Of a stretch of DNA of 55,761 bases, positions 35,178 to 44,355 are shown piece by piece. Under the pieces are notes generated by a model, which was given only the letters and a program-made list of their open reading frames with translations, did no database searches and was not told the DNA's origin. Each line of letters opens with the position of its first letter. Position 1 is the first letter of the stretch. The DNA is from a virus. The stretch lies in the IMG/VR virus record IMGVR_UViG_3300045988_162287; one strand, written 5' to 3'. The position numbers and the translations under genes were made by a program.

Positions 35178-36007
35178 CTCCATGCGTGTATAGGATCGAT
35201 TATGTCTTCGAACGATATTTTCCGCAATATTGGAGCGAACGGCTATGTTTCCGAATTGATGGATGGAACCATATGGTGGTCGGGACCAAATCCGGACTGC
35301 TGTGCTATTTCACCGTCAACCATTATTACGGCGGAACGGATGCGGACTTCGATTTCTTCGTACGCACCGGACCGAAAAGAAAGAAAGCGATCATGAGCGA
35401 TTGTGTCCATATTTTCCTCATCGGTCCTCAGGGATCGGGAAAGACCACACTTGCCAAGGAATTGGAGTGTCGTGGGTATGAACAGATCCTTGCATATACG
35501 ACCAGGCCTCCACGGGACAACGAGATCGAAGGCGTCGACTATCATTTCGTCACCGACGCCGAATTCGAGGACGCGTTTCTTGATGGGGAACTGACCTGTG
35601 TGCGGACATATTCCACCGTCTTTGGCGTGTGGAGATACGCATTCGCATGGTCGGATCTTTATCGCGCGGTGGATAGTGTCGCCGTCATCGATCCGGAATC
35701 ATATTTACGCATCCATGACCAGATCGAGAACGTCTTCGGTATATATCTTGACGTGCCCAATGATGTCCGGAAAGCGCGACTGCTCGTGCGCGGAGACGAT
35801 CCCATGGAGATCGATCGGCGCATGCAGGCCGATGTAATGGACTTCGCATCAATCGACATGTGTTTCCTAGATGTCTGCAAGATGCGGATCGGTATGGTCC
35901 GACGACCGGACATCGAAGCCGATCGGATCGAAGGCCATGTCCGGGAGTTCCGCAGTCGGATATTTCGCGGTGAAAACATGGCGTATGATGAAGAGTCAAA
36001 CCTCTAG
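35174..36007 (+). CDS. Guanylate kinase-like nucleoside monophosphate kinase with a 73-aa N-terminal extension
   Basis: FLIGPQGSGKTTLAKEL...AYTTRPPRDNEIEGVDYHFVTDAEFE matches Gmk (P-loop plus TTR.PR..E..G.DY.FV). The kinase domain alone would start at ATG 35393. Confidence 0.65.
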   Translation: MTPCVYRIDYVFERYFPQYWSERLCFRIDGWNHMVVGTKSGLLCYFTVNHYYGGTDADFDFFVRTGPKRKKAIMSDCVHIFLIGPQGSGKTTLAKELECRGYEQILAYTTRPPRDNEIEGVDYHFVTDAEFEDAFLDGELTCVRTYSTVFGVWRYAFAWSDLYRAVDSVAVIDPESYLRIHDQIENVFGIYLDVPNDVRKARLLVRGDDPMEIDRRMQADVMDFASIDMCFLDVCKMRIGMVRRPDIEADRIEGHVREFRSRIFRGENMAYDEESNL

Positions 36008-36021
36008 GAAAGGATAATACC

Positions 36022-36225
36022 ATGAAAGAACAGTTCGAGAAGACCAAGAAGTTCGTGGTCGATCATAAGTACGAGTTCACCGTTGGTGCGATCGTCGTCG
36101 GAGCCGTTGCGGCTTTGGCGGTTGTCAAGTTCATCGGTGAACCGGATGAATTGATCGATGTCACCGAACCGGAGGCCATCGAGGACTCTTCAGACGATGT
36201 GGATTCCACGTCCGTCGAGGAGTGA
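36022..36225 (+). CDS. Membrane-anchored acidic small protein
   Basis: TM helix FTVGAIVVGAVAALAVVKF; GGAAAGGA RBS. Confidence 0.55.
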   Translation: MKEQFEKTKKFVVDHKYEFTVGAIVVGAVAALAVVKFIGEPDELIDVTEPEAIEDSSDDVDSTSVEE

Positions 36226-36240
36226 CATTTTTCAATGCCG

Positions 36241-36274
36241 TAAAGGCGCTGCGGAAACGTGGCGCCTTTATTTT
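36241..36274 (+). terminator. Hairpin with GAAA loop + T-run
   Basis: taaaggcgctgcggaaacgtggcgcctttatttt. Confidence 0.6.
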
Positions 36275-36290
36275 CTGAAAGGAGCAACCA

Positions 36291-37037
36291 ATGAATCTCG
36301 AATCCGTCAAGGATTTCGTCAAACACAACGCGGGTACGATTCTGACCGTCATATCCTGTGCCGGTGTTGTAGGTACGGCCGTATGTGCCGCCCATGACGC
36401 CGTGAAAGCCCGTGATGTCATGCTGGAGATCGAGATGGAGCATAATGATATGCCGAAGAGCGAGGTCGTCAAGCGTGTCGTTCCGTGCTATATTTCCACG
36501 GTGCTTATGGCCGGAACGACCATTGCATGCGTCATCGGCCATCATCAGATCTCGGCCGGAAAGATCGCCGCCTATGCATCGGCGTACACCATGGCCACCA
36601 AGGCCGCATCGGAATACCGGACCAAGATCGTCGAGGAACTCGGAAAGGAGAAGGCGCAGGAAATCGATGATGAGATCTCCAAGGATCATATTCGCAAGAA
36701 CCCGCCATCCGATCAGGATCTTATTCCGGGAATCGGTGATGTTCTGTGCTATGATCAGCTCATGGACCGATATTTCCATTCCGATCCGGAATCCATTCGC
36801 AAGGCCGTGAATGATCTCAACTACGAGCTTATCAACGGCCCGGGTATGTGGGTCGGTCTCAACGAGTTCTATGACAAACTCGGTCTCGATCCGGCTCCGA
36901 TCGGCGAGGAGCTCGGATGGACCATCGACAACCGAATCGATGTTTCGTTTTCATCGATGCTGTCCGATAACAACATCCCGTGTCTGGTCATGCGGTTCAC
37001 CACAAGCCCGATGGCGGACACGATGCGCAGGTACTGA
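36291..37037 (+). CDS. Membrane-anchored protein, paralog of 39011..39931
   Basis: N-terminal TM hairpin (ILTVISCAGVVGTAVCAAH...ISTVLMAGTTIACVIGHH), then ...EYRTKIVEELGKEKAQEI... and ...NEFYDKLGLDP...LGW, shared with the paralog. Confidence 0.55.
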   Translation: MNLESVKDFVKHNAGTILTVISCAGVVGTAVCAAHDAVKARDVMLEIEMEHNDMPKSEVVKRVVPCYISTVLMAGTTIACVIGHHQISAGKIAAYASAYTMATKAASEYRTKIVEELGKEKAQEIDDEISKDHIRKNPPSDQDLIPGIGDVLCYDQLMDRYFHSDPESIRKAVNDLNYELINGPGMWVGLNEFYDKLGLDPAPIGEELGWTIDNRIDVSFSSMLSDNNIPCLVMRFTTSPMADTMRRY

Positions 37038-37066
37038 TTCGTGATGAAAACATACCATATAATGAA
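37037..37066 (+). promoter_or_regulatory. Conserved promoter-like motif, copy 5
   Basis: ttcgtgatgaaaacataccatataatgaag. Confidence 0.55.
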
Positions 37067-37092
37067 GAGATTCATCAACGAAAGGAACTGCA

Positions 37093-37350
37093 ATGAAGGA
37101 ATCATTTGGTGAAGCCCTTGGTAATGCCATCGTCAAGAACCTTGCGAAGAACGCCGAAGTCGATCCGAAGAAGATCGCCGTTGGTTTGGTAGTTACGGTA
37201 GCCGGAAGCGCGCTGACCGTAGTAACCAAATCGGTGACTCAGAAGGTCGTCGGTAACGTGATCCGCAAGGCGAATGAACGAAAGGCGGAAGCCGAGAGCG
37301 AAGCTGAGGACATTCTCGAATTGGACGACAAACCGTCCGATGAAAACTGA
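37093..37350 (+). CDS. Small membrane protein
   Basis: GAAAGGAA RBS; IAVGLVVTVAGSALTVV. Confidence 0.55.
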   Translation: MKESFGEALGNAIVKNLAKNAEVDPKKIAVGLVVTVAGSALTVVTKSVTQKVVGNVIRKANERKAEAESEAEDILELDDKPSDEN

Positions 37351-37356
37351 TAGACG

Positions 37357-37388
37357 TATAGGCCCATGGAAACATGGGCCTATATTTT
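37357..37388 (+). terminator. Perfect hairpin with CATG-GAAA-CATG apex + T-run
   Basis: tataggcccatggaaacatgggcctatatttt. Confidence 0.7.
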
Positions 37389-37425
37389 CAACCAATAACC
37401 ATATATTCCAGAAAGGAACCATATC

Positions 37426-37821
37426 ATGATCAAGAAGACTGTCACCTACACCGACATCGATGGCGTCGAGCAGAGCGAGGATCTGCTCTTCCATCTCGAT
37501 AATAACGTTATTGTCGATATGCTAAAGAACGGTAAGCTCCAGAAACTATCGGACGACCTTTCCTCCGACGACCTGTCAGTGAAGATCACGGCTTTCGAGA
37601 ACTTCGTCGATATGACGTACGGCTTCCGTTATGAGGAGGAAAAGATCGACAAGAAGACCGGAGCACGTCGCATGGTGCCTCGATTCCGCCACGCCACGCC
37701 CGAGGAGATCGAAGAGTTCCACAAGAGCGAAGCCCATGGCGAACTCATGCTTGCCATGTATTCTACGAAGGGCGAAGCCGATAATTTCGTGAGCGCTCTG
37801 TTGCCGAACATTAAGGGCTGA
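37426..37821 (+). CDS. Hypothetical protein
   Basis: GAAAGGAA RBS, 131 aa. Confidence 0.55.
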   Translation: MIKKTVTYTDIDGVEQSEDLLFHLDNNVIVDMLKNGKLQKLSDDLSSDDLSVKITAFENFVDMTYGFRYEEEKIDKKTGARRMVPRFRHATPEEIEEFHKSEAHGELMLAMYSTKGEADNFVSALLPNIKG

Positions 37822-37850
37822 TCGCGATATTCTCATGAACTATAGTGAGG
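37821..37850 (+). promoter_or_regulatory. Conserved promoter-like motif, copy 6 (overlaps the next hairpin)
   Basis: atcgcgatattctcatgaactatagtgagg. Confidence 0.5.
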
Positions 37851-37889
37851 AGGGGATCCGCATGAGATCCTCTCCTCATATTTTTTTTT
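37847..37889 (+). terminator. Hairpin + 9-T run whose 5-prime arm overlaps the promoter-like motif
   Basis: gaggaggggatccgcatgagatcctctcctcatattttttttt. Confidence 0.6.
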
Positions 37890-37904
37890 CGAAAGGAGTT
37901 CCAT

Positions 37905-38519
37905 ATGGCGGAAGTCGACAAGGAGACCTTCGACGTTTCGAGAGAAGCGTTGGGAATCGAACCGAATGCCGATAGACCGAGCGACGTCGATAAGGTCGTG
38001 CAAGGCGAAGTCGTTTGCAAAAAGAAAAATAAGGTCCAGAAGGTCACCGAGACATTTTTCGGCGGCGATCTTCGCGATGTGGCATCATATGTTGTCAAAG
38101 ACGTCATGATTCCTGCTGCCAAGGACATGCTCTACGACACCGTAGTCCAGGGATTCAGTCGTTTGATTTTCGGTGATGTTCGTCCGAGAAACAACTCTAC
38201 AAATCGAGGATATACCAGCTATTCATCGATGAGTCGGGATCGTTCAACAGGACAACGTGAGATCGAAGCCCGAAACCGTAACGACTTCGATGATATTACA
38301 TTCCGAGATCGTCGTGACGCCGAGGCGGTCATGGATACGTTGCGGGATACCATCGATCATTACGGTCAATGCAGCGTGGCCGATCTGCTCAAGGCGTCTG
38401 GTATATCCCCAAGATATACCGATTATGACATTGGATGGACTGATCTGGCACGGGCGAGCATCGCACGATATCGCGACGGCTATGTCCTCAATATGCCGAG
38501 AACCGAGAGCTTGCGATGA
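37905..38519 (+). CDS. Hypothetical protein
   Basis: GAAAGGAG RBS, 204 aa. Confidence 0.55.
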   Translation: MAEVDKETFDVSREALGIEPNADRPSDVDKVVQGEVVCKKKNKVQKVTETFFGGDLRDVASYVVKDVMIPAAKDMLYDTVVQGFSRLIFGDVRPRNNSTNRGYTSYSSMSRDRSTGQREIEARNRNDFDDITFRDRRDAEAVMDTLRDTIDHYGQCSVADLLKASGISPRYTDYDIGWTDLARASIARYRDGYVLNMPRTESLR

Positions 38520-38668
38520 GCGCATCAGAGAACCGTCATATTCTGGAGCGGTGGTATTCCAATCCATTATGGAAGATGAAGGTCGATAAGATGAGTGACG
38601 AGCAGGTCGTCGTAAAACTCGACCTTCTCCGCAGAGCCAGAGAATACAGGAGGACTCACCATGGCTGA
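38516..38668 (+). CDS. 50-aa hypothetical protein (below the ORF-track cutoff)
   Basis: MSASENRHILERWYSNPLWKMKVDKMSDEQVVVKLDLLRRAREYRRTHHG; ATGA overlap upstream and overlap with the next start. Confidence 0.4.
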   Translation: MSASENRHILERWYSNPLWKMKVDKMSDEQVVVKLDLLRRAREYRRTHHG

Positions 38669-38948
38669 GTTCAGCACCTTCGAAAAGACGGGTTTGTTTC
38701 CCATCGATAAAAAGCGATGTATTTCGGATGAGGATCAAAAATCGCTCCGTATCTGGAAGGATCGCGTCCGTCGATATTTTTCCAAGATCGATCAGAAAGC
38801 TCTCGACTATCGAGTAAACGATGACAATACCGGTGTCAAGGTGCTGGAAGATGATGGAACGATCTTCGAGATCACCATCGACAAAGGCACCAGTGTGGCC
38901 GTGGCGCGTCTCTGTCCAAGCGACGAACCGTGGTCGTTCGAATACTGA
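38661..38948 (+). CDS. Hypothetical protein
   Basis: AGGAGG RBS, 95 aa. Confidence 0.5.
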   Translation: MAEFSTFEKTGLFPIDKKRCISDEDQKSLRIWKDRVRRYFSKIDQKALDYRVNDDNTGVKVLEDDGTIFEITIDKGTSVAVARLCPSDEPWSFEY

Positions 38949-39010
38949 ATGATATTCTCGGAGACGTTCCGGAGATCCCCGAGATCATATTTCAACGTAA
39001 AGGAATAAAC

Positions 39011-39931
39011 ATGAGCGTAAAGGAAACCATCGTACGTTTCGGCAACAAGGCGTTGCTGCAACTTGACAAGCATTCCCCGCAGATTCTCATCGGCGCGGGC
39101 ATCGTCGCAGGCGTGGCCGCCACTGGCTTCGCGGTATATTCCACGATGAAGCTGGATACCGTTATGGATCATCATCAGAACAAGATGGTGGATATTTCCA
39201 AGAAGGCCAAGGAGGCCGAAAGCGACGACGAGATCATCTACGACAACAAGGCGCAGAAGCACGACAAGACGATGGTCTATGTCGAGACCGGAGCCGAGAT
39301 CGCCCGTCTATATATGCCGACGATCCTGCTGACAGGCCTGAGCGTCGGATGTGTGCTGTCCGCACATCATATTCTGGATGGACGGTACATGGCGGCTGCC
39401 TCGGCGTTCACGGCCGTGTCCAAGGAGTTCTCCGACTATCGAGGCCGTGTTCGCAAACAGCTCGGCGAGGACAAGGAGCGCGATATCTATCAGGGAGTCG
39501 TCGAAGAGGAAATCACCGACGAAGAGACCGGAGAGACAAAGACCGTTCGCCATTACGACAAAGACACGATCGACCGTGACGGACTGTCCCGATATTTCGA
39601 CGAATACTCAATCTATTGGGATAAGACCAATCCCGATCAGAATATCGCGCATATTCGCTCGGTTCTCCACCAAGCGAACGATCAGCTCTATGCCAACGGT
39701 CATCTATTCCTTAATGATGTGTATCGCATGCTTGGAATCGAGGATAGCAAGGAAGGTGCAGTCCTGGGATGGATCATCGATGATGAGCATCAGAGCCCCT
39801 TTGTCGATTTCGGTGTGTTCGGCGTGAATAGCGACGATCCGTGGGATTATAGCAACGCTGAACCATGGGACGGCAAGCTTGGCGTCCTGCTGACATTCAA
39901 CGTGGATGGCATCATCTACGATAAGATCTAA
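39011..39931 (+). CDS. Membrane-anchored protein, paralog of 36291..37037
   Basis: AAAGGAA RBS. TM hairpin (ILIGAGIVAGVAATGFAVY...ILLTGLSVGCVLSAHH), then FSDYRGRVRKQLGEDKERDI and NDVYRMLGIEDSKEGAVLGW, parallel to the paralog. Confidence 0.55.
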   Translation: MSVKETIVRFGNKALLQLDKHSPQILIGAGIVAGVAATGFAVYSTMKLDTVMDHHQNKMVDISKKAKEAESDDEIIYDNKAQKHDKTMVYVETGAEIARLYMPTILLTGLSVGCVLSAHHILDGRYMAAASAFTAVSKEFSDYRGRVRKQLGEDKERDIYQGVVEEEITDEETGETKTVRHYDKDTIDRDGLSRYFDEYSIYWDKTNPDQNIAHIRSVLHQANDQLYANGHLFLNDVYRMLGIEDSKEGAVLGWIIDDEHQSPFVDFGVFGVNSDDPWDYSNAEPWDGKLGVLLTFNVDGIIYDKI

Positions 39932-39999
39932 TCAAATGATATTTTTCGGGACGGTCGTCTTCATGATGGCCGTCCCGTTCATTCAATCAAGGAGTATCC

Positions 40000-40941
40000 A
40001 TGAATCTCAAGAGTATTGGGTTCGTAGTGGGTGGATTCGCCGCTGGTGCCGCTACGGCGACCGCCATGTTCTACTTCGGTATATACAAGCGGTATATTCC
40101 ACTGAAGGACCTCGAGCAAGAGATCGCCGATCTGGAACGTAAGAAGCATGAACTTAACCAGCAGTTCAAAGACAACCATGAGAAGTTCGTCAACGTCAAG
40201 CGGTCGACCGACGAGGCCATTAGGCGCAAGGAGCAGGAGCTTGACTTCTACGACGATCAGATCATCGAGGTGAAGAAGGAATGGGAGGCCGTCAAGGCCG
40301 CCAAGACGTATGGTGATCCCAAAGTCACCGAACAAAAGGATATTCCAGATGATCCCGATGACGAAAATGGCGATGAGCTCGATGACGATCCTGTTGACAT
40401 CGACGCCGACGAACCGGATCGGGATAATTTTATCATCGATGACGGCGTTCCGCGATGGGATGGTCCCCTTACCGATGACGAACAGCGTCAGTATGACGAG
40501 GCGAACGGGGACGAGCGCGTCGAGCAATCAATCCTCATGACGATCAAGGCGCGTCGCTGGCATCAGTCCATCGACCGTGACGATCCGAGCTACCAGATCT
40601 CCGAGGAGGATCACGAGAATGCCCCGTGGTTCATCGATACGGAGAATCTCGATTACTGGGAGGACGATGACGTGCTTGCCCGAGGAATGGAGATCGTTCA
40701 GGACCCGGATGCCATCATCAACACCATCGTGCTCAACAGGTTCGGAAGGTTGTCGCAGAGTGGCGATCCCAACGTCGTGTGGTGCAGGAATGATATTCTG
40801 GAGACCGACTACGAGATCACCCGGCATGACGGATCATATCAGCACGAGGTGCTAGGCATTCCTGAAGAGGAGTCATACCGACCCAAAAAGCGGTTCAATT
40901 CCACTATAGCGGCTGAAATGGAGGAGGTCAATGACAAGTAA
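40000..40941 (+). CDS. Membrane-anchored coiled-coil, highly acidic protein
   Basis: TM helix IGFVVGGFAAGAATATAMFYFGI, then a coiled coil and Asp/Glu-rich tracts. Confidence 0.5.
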   Translation: MNLKSIGFVVGGFAAGAATATAMFYFGIYKRYIPLKDLEQEIADLERKKHELNQQFKDNHEKFVNVKRSTDEAIRRKEQELDFYDDQIIEVKKEWEAVKAAKTYGDPKVTEQKDIPDDPDDENGDELDDDPVDIDADEPDRDNFIIDDGVPRWDGPLTDDEQRQYDEANGDERVEQSILMTIKARRWHQSIDRDDPSYQISEEDHENAPWFIDTENLDYWEDDDVLARGMEIVQDPDAIINTIVLNRFGRLSQSGDPNVVWCRNDILETDYEITRHDGSYQHEVLGIPEEESYRPKKRFNSTIAAEMEEVNDK

Positions 40942-41467
40942 TTCATCGCCATTTTTCAACGCATCATATATTCAATGGCTACGTCATCGTGTGAATTTCG
41001 ATGAATACGTCGATCTCAGCATGTCTCTTGCGTCCATACCATTCCGTTCCAGTGTCATGATGGACCGGAATCGGATATCCGATGGCGAGTCGTTACGTGA
41101 TGTATACACACGCCGAACCGGATATTCGTTGGTTGGCGGTATGCGAGGATGCTCAGTTCTTGAGTTCCTCGTCGCCTTGGCCGAACGGGTCAACGATGTG
41201 CTTGCCATCATCCCGGTCGACGCGGCATTCTCCATGTTCCTCGAAAACATGGATCTGACACGATGCTCGGATGACTGGTTTCTCAACCAGAGAGATCCGG
41301 AGTGTTATATTCAGGACCGATGCGACATCATGATGGATCGACAGTACCGACCTGACGGATCGGGCGGCGGACTCTTCATCGTTCATGATGATAAGGATAT
41401 CCGCCAATCCGAATGGTGGTGGCAGATGCAATATTGGCTCAACGAACAGTATATTCCCGACATGTAA
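40931..41467 (+). CDS. Hypothetical protein
   Basis: 178 aa, GGAGGAGG RBS, directly upstream of the replicase. Confidence 0.5.
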   Translation: MTSNSSPFFNASYIQWLRHRVNFDEYVDLSMSLASIPFRSSVMMDRNRISDGESLRDVYTRRTGYSLVGGMRGCSVLEFLVALAERVNDVLAIIPVDAAFSMFLENMDLTRCSDDWFLNQRDPECYIQDRCDIMMDRQYRPDGSGGGLFIVHDDKDIRQSEWWWQMQYWLNEQYIPDM

Positions 41468-41478
41468 AGGAGGCGAAG

Positions 41479-44355
41479 ATGGATCAAGTGCAGGTGCGTG
41501 TCAAAAAGACAAACAAGGGCCATGAATCCATATTCGCCGATCCGAAGATGCGAGGGTATCACGATCTGCTCGTCAAAGGCGGATCGTTTTATGCGGTGTT
41601 CGATCCGGATAGTCATCTCTGGTCGCAGAACCTTCAACGCCTTGGCGAGCTGATCGACCGTGATATTCAGGAGTTCGCCGACTCATATGAGTCTCCAGAC
41701 GGTAATGAAGTGACCTGCATGCTTATGCAGAACACCTCCAACGGTTGCTGGAACAGGTATATTTCCGGACTGCGCAATCTGGCCGATAGTGATGCGGTGC
41801 TCAATCAGCGGATCATATTCGCCAATGACACTCCGAAGCGCGAGGACTACGCCACCGTGCAACTGGAATACGCGATATCCGAGGGAGACACCTCGGCATA
41901 TGACCGGCTCATGAATACGCTGTATGCCCCATCCGAACGCGAAAAGCTCGAATGGGGCATCGGCGCCTTGGTCGACGGTAATGATATTCAACGCATCCAG
42001 AAGATGTTCGTCATCTATGGTGAGCCCGGAACTGGAAAGTCGACGATTCTCAATATCATCGAGATGCTCTTCCCTGGATACATCGCATATTTCAATGCGG
42101 AGGAACTCGGCAAGGGATATCAATTCAGTACCGCATCCTTCAAGAACTCTCCTCTCATCGGTATCCAGACCGACGGCGATCTGAGTCACATGTGGGACAA
42201 TACACTGCTTAATCAGATCGCTGCACATGAGAAGATCGTGGTAAACGAAAAGGGTGTCAAGCAGTACACCGTTCCGCTGAAAACGATGTTGTTCATGGCG
42301 ACGAATAAGCCGGTGAAGATCACTGACGCCAAGTCGGGCATCACAAGGAGACTGATCGATATTTATCCGACCGGCAACACGTTGAAACCGGATGATTATT
42401 TCGACTGCATGAAGCAAATCGGATTCGAATTGGGTTCCATTGCCTATCATTGTCGTGAGGTTTACAGGAAACTCGGGGTCAACCGATATTCCCAGTATCG
42501 TCCAACAGAGATGATCGCCAAGACGAATGATATTTATACGTTCGTTCAGGACAACATCGACCTCATGGACATCGATGAGCCAGTGCGTCTGACAGATTTG
42601 TGGCGTGCCTATAAGGAATGGTGTGAGGAAGCCCACATCACCGACGTCATGAAACGCTCCGAGTTCATGTTCGAACTGGCTTCATATTTCGAAATAATGA
42701 ACCGGGGAGCGAGTAAGGCAGTTACCTATCATGGATTTCAACGAGACAAATTCGAATCGAGAATCGTTGACTCTTCTGACCGACATGCTCGAGCATCCGA
42801 TGATGACCATATCTCGTGGCTTCGACTTGTTAAAACGGACAGTCGATTCGACGAACTCTGTCATGATTGCCCTGCGCAATACGCCAGAGACGATGAAAGC
42901 GGATCCCCAGTTGCCAAATGGGCCCAAGTCAGCACCACGCTCAAAGACCTCGACACCAGTCGACTTCATTGGGTTAAGGTTCCGGAAAACCATATCGTCA
43001 TCGACTTCGATATTCGAGGAGAGGATGGCGAGAAATCGCTTCAGGCCAATCTCGAGGCGGCCCGCAAGTTCCCTCCAACCTATGCCGAGGTGTCTAAGAG
43101 CGGACAGGGATTGCACCTCCACTATATTTACGATGGAGACGTATCCCGACTCAAAAACCTTTACGACATCCATGTCGAGATCAAGGTCTTCCGAGGCAAT
43201 TCATCGCTACGACGTCTGCTCTCACGGTGCAACGATCATGAGATTTCCCATATTTCAAGCGGCCTTCCGTTGAAAGGAGAAAAGTCCGTGATCAATCAGA
43301 AGGAACTCAAGGACGAACAGCATCTACGCAATGTCATCAAGAAGTCTCTGCGCAAGGAATGTTGTCCTGGGACCAAGCCGAGCGTCGAGTTCATCAAGAA
43401 GCTCATGGACGAGATGTATGAGTCCGGTAAACCGTACGACGTCACCGACATGCGTAATGAGATATTTGATTTCGCTTTGCGGTCGACGCATTGGTCGGAT
43501 TATTGCATCGTTCTGGTGAACGAGATGAAGTTCAAGTCCGATGATATTCCGAAGGGCAGCGATCCGAAGAACGCCGATATTCTCACCTTCTTCGATGTCG
43601 AGGTCTTTCCGAATCTGTTCATGGTCTGCTTCATGAAGAGCGATTCAGACGTCGTCAAGACATGGATCAATCCTCCGCGGCAGAACATCATGACACTGCT
43701 CGATGAGAATCTGGTGGGATTCAACAACCGCAAGTACGACAATCATATTCTCTGGGCGTGGGGTGTCATGGGATACAACAACGCCCAGCTGTATGATCTG
43801 TCGACGCGGATCGTCAGCGGTAACAAGAATTCCATGTTCGGTCAAGCATACAATGCATCCTACACGGATATTTACGACTTCTCCGCCAAGAAGCAGTCAC
43901 TGAAGAAGTGGGAGATCGAATTGGGCATCGACCATCATGAATTGGGCATGCCATGGGACCAACCGGTTCCGGAGGACAAATGGCCGTTGGTGCAATCATA
44001 TTGCGAGGATGACGTCAGGGCCACCAAGGCCGTGTTCGAACACCTCAAGGAGGATTTCACCGCACGCCAGATGCTGGCCATGCTCAGCGGCCTGACGGTC
44101 AACGACACCACCAACACCCATACCGCCAAGATCATATTCGGGAACAACAAGCATCCGCAGTCGGAATTCAACTTCACCGACCTTTCGGATATGTTCCCGG
44201 GATACACCTTCGACCGATACGCGCTCAAGGACAAGAAGTCCCAGTACATGGGCGAGTATCCTGGAGAAGGCGGCTACGTATTCGTCTACGGTATGGACAA
44301 CGGATACGGCGATTACAGTTATATGGAGATGAAGCATCCATGGGACACAAACTGA
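41479..44355 (+). CDS. Replicase fusion: D5/P4-type SF3 helicase + archaeo-eukaryotic primase-like domain + family-B polymerase 3-5 exonuclease/N-terminal part (upstream half of a split PolB)
   Basis: VIYGEPGTGKST (Walker A), LIGIQTDGD, LFMATN. HIVIDFDIRGED...SKSGQGLHLHYIY (AEP DxD and sGxGxH motifs). FFDVEVF, GFNNRKYDNHIL and SYCEDDVRAT (Exo I-III). The homologous sequence ends at ...GEGGYV, then a 24-aa tail. Confidence 0.75.
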   Translation: MDQVQVRVKKTNKGHESIFADPKMRGYHDLLVKGGSFYAVFDPDSHLWSQNLQRLGELIDRDIQEFADSYESPDGNEVTCMLMQNTSNGCWNRYISGLRNLADSDAVLNQRIIFANDTPKREDYATVQLEYAISEGDTSAYDRLMNTLYAPSEREKLEWGIGALVDGNDIQRIQKMFVIYGEPGTGKSTILNIIEMLFPGYIAYFNAEELGKGYQFSTASFKNSPLIGIQTDGDLSHMWDNTLLNQIAAHEKIVVNEKGVKQYTVPLKTMLFMATNKPVKITDAKSGITRRLIDIYPTGNTLKPDDYFDCMKQIGFELGSIAYHCREVYRKLGVNRYSQYRPTEMIAKTNDIYTFVQDNIDLMDIDEPVRLTDLWRAYKEWCEEAHITDVMKRSEFMFELASYFEIMNRGASKAVTYHGFQRDKFESRIVDSSDRHARASDDDHISWLRLVKTDSRFDELCHDCPAQYARDDESGSPVAKWAQVSTTLKDLDTSRLHWVKVPENHIVIDFDIRGEDGEKSLQANLEAARKFPPTYAEVSKSGQGLHLHYIYDGDVSRLKNLYDIHVEIKVFRGNSSLRRLLSRCNDHEISHISSGLPLKGEKSVINQKELKDEQHLRNVIKKSLRKECCPGTKPSVEFIKKLMDEMYESGKPYDVTDMRNEIFDFALRSTHWSDYCIVLVNEMKFKSDDIPKGSDPKNADILTFFDVEVFPNLFMVCFMKSDSDVVKTWINPPRQNIMTLLDENLVGFNNRKYDNHILWAWGVMGYNNAQLYDLSTRIVSGNKNSMFGQAYNASYTDIYDFSAKKQSLKKWEIELGIDHHELGMPWDQPVPEDKWPLVQSYCEDDVRATKAVFEHLKEDFTARQMLAMLSGLTVNDTTNTHTAKIIFGNNKHPQSEFNFTDLSDMFPGYTFDRYALKDKKSQYMGEYPGEGGYVFVYGMDNGYGDYSYMEMKHPWDTN

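Noticed and set aside
35202-35396. 64-aa ORF overlapping the N-terminal extension of the kinase gene
   Set aside because: It has an ATGA overlap with ATG 35393, but its translation is low-complexity (SPSTIITAERMRTSISSYAPDRKERKRS). The alternative frame from 35174 looks more protein-like and is itself coupled to the upstream stop.
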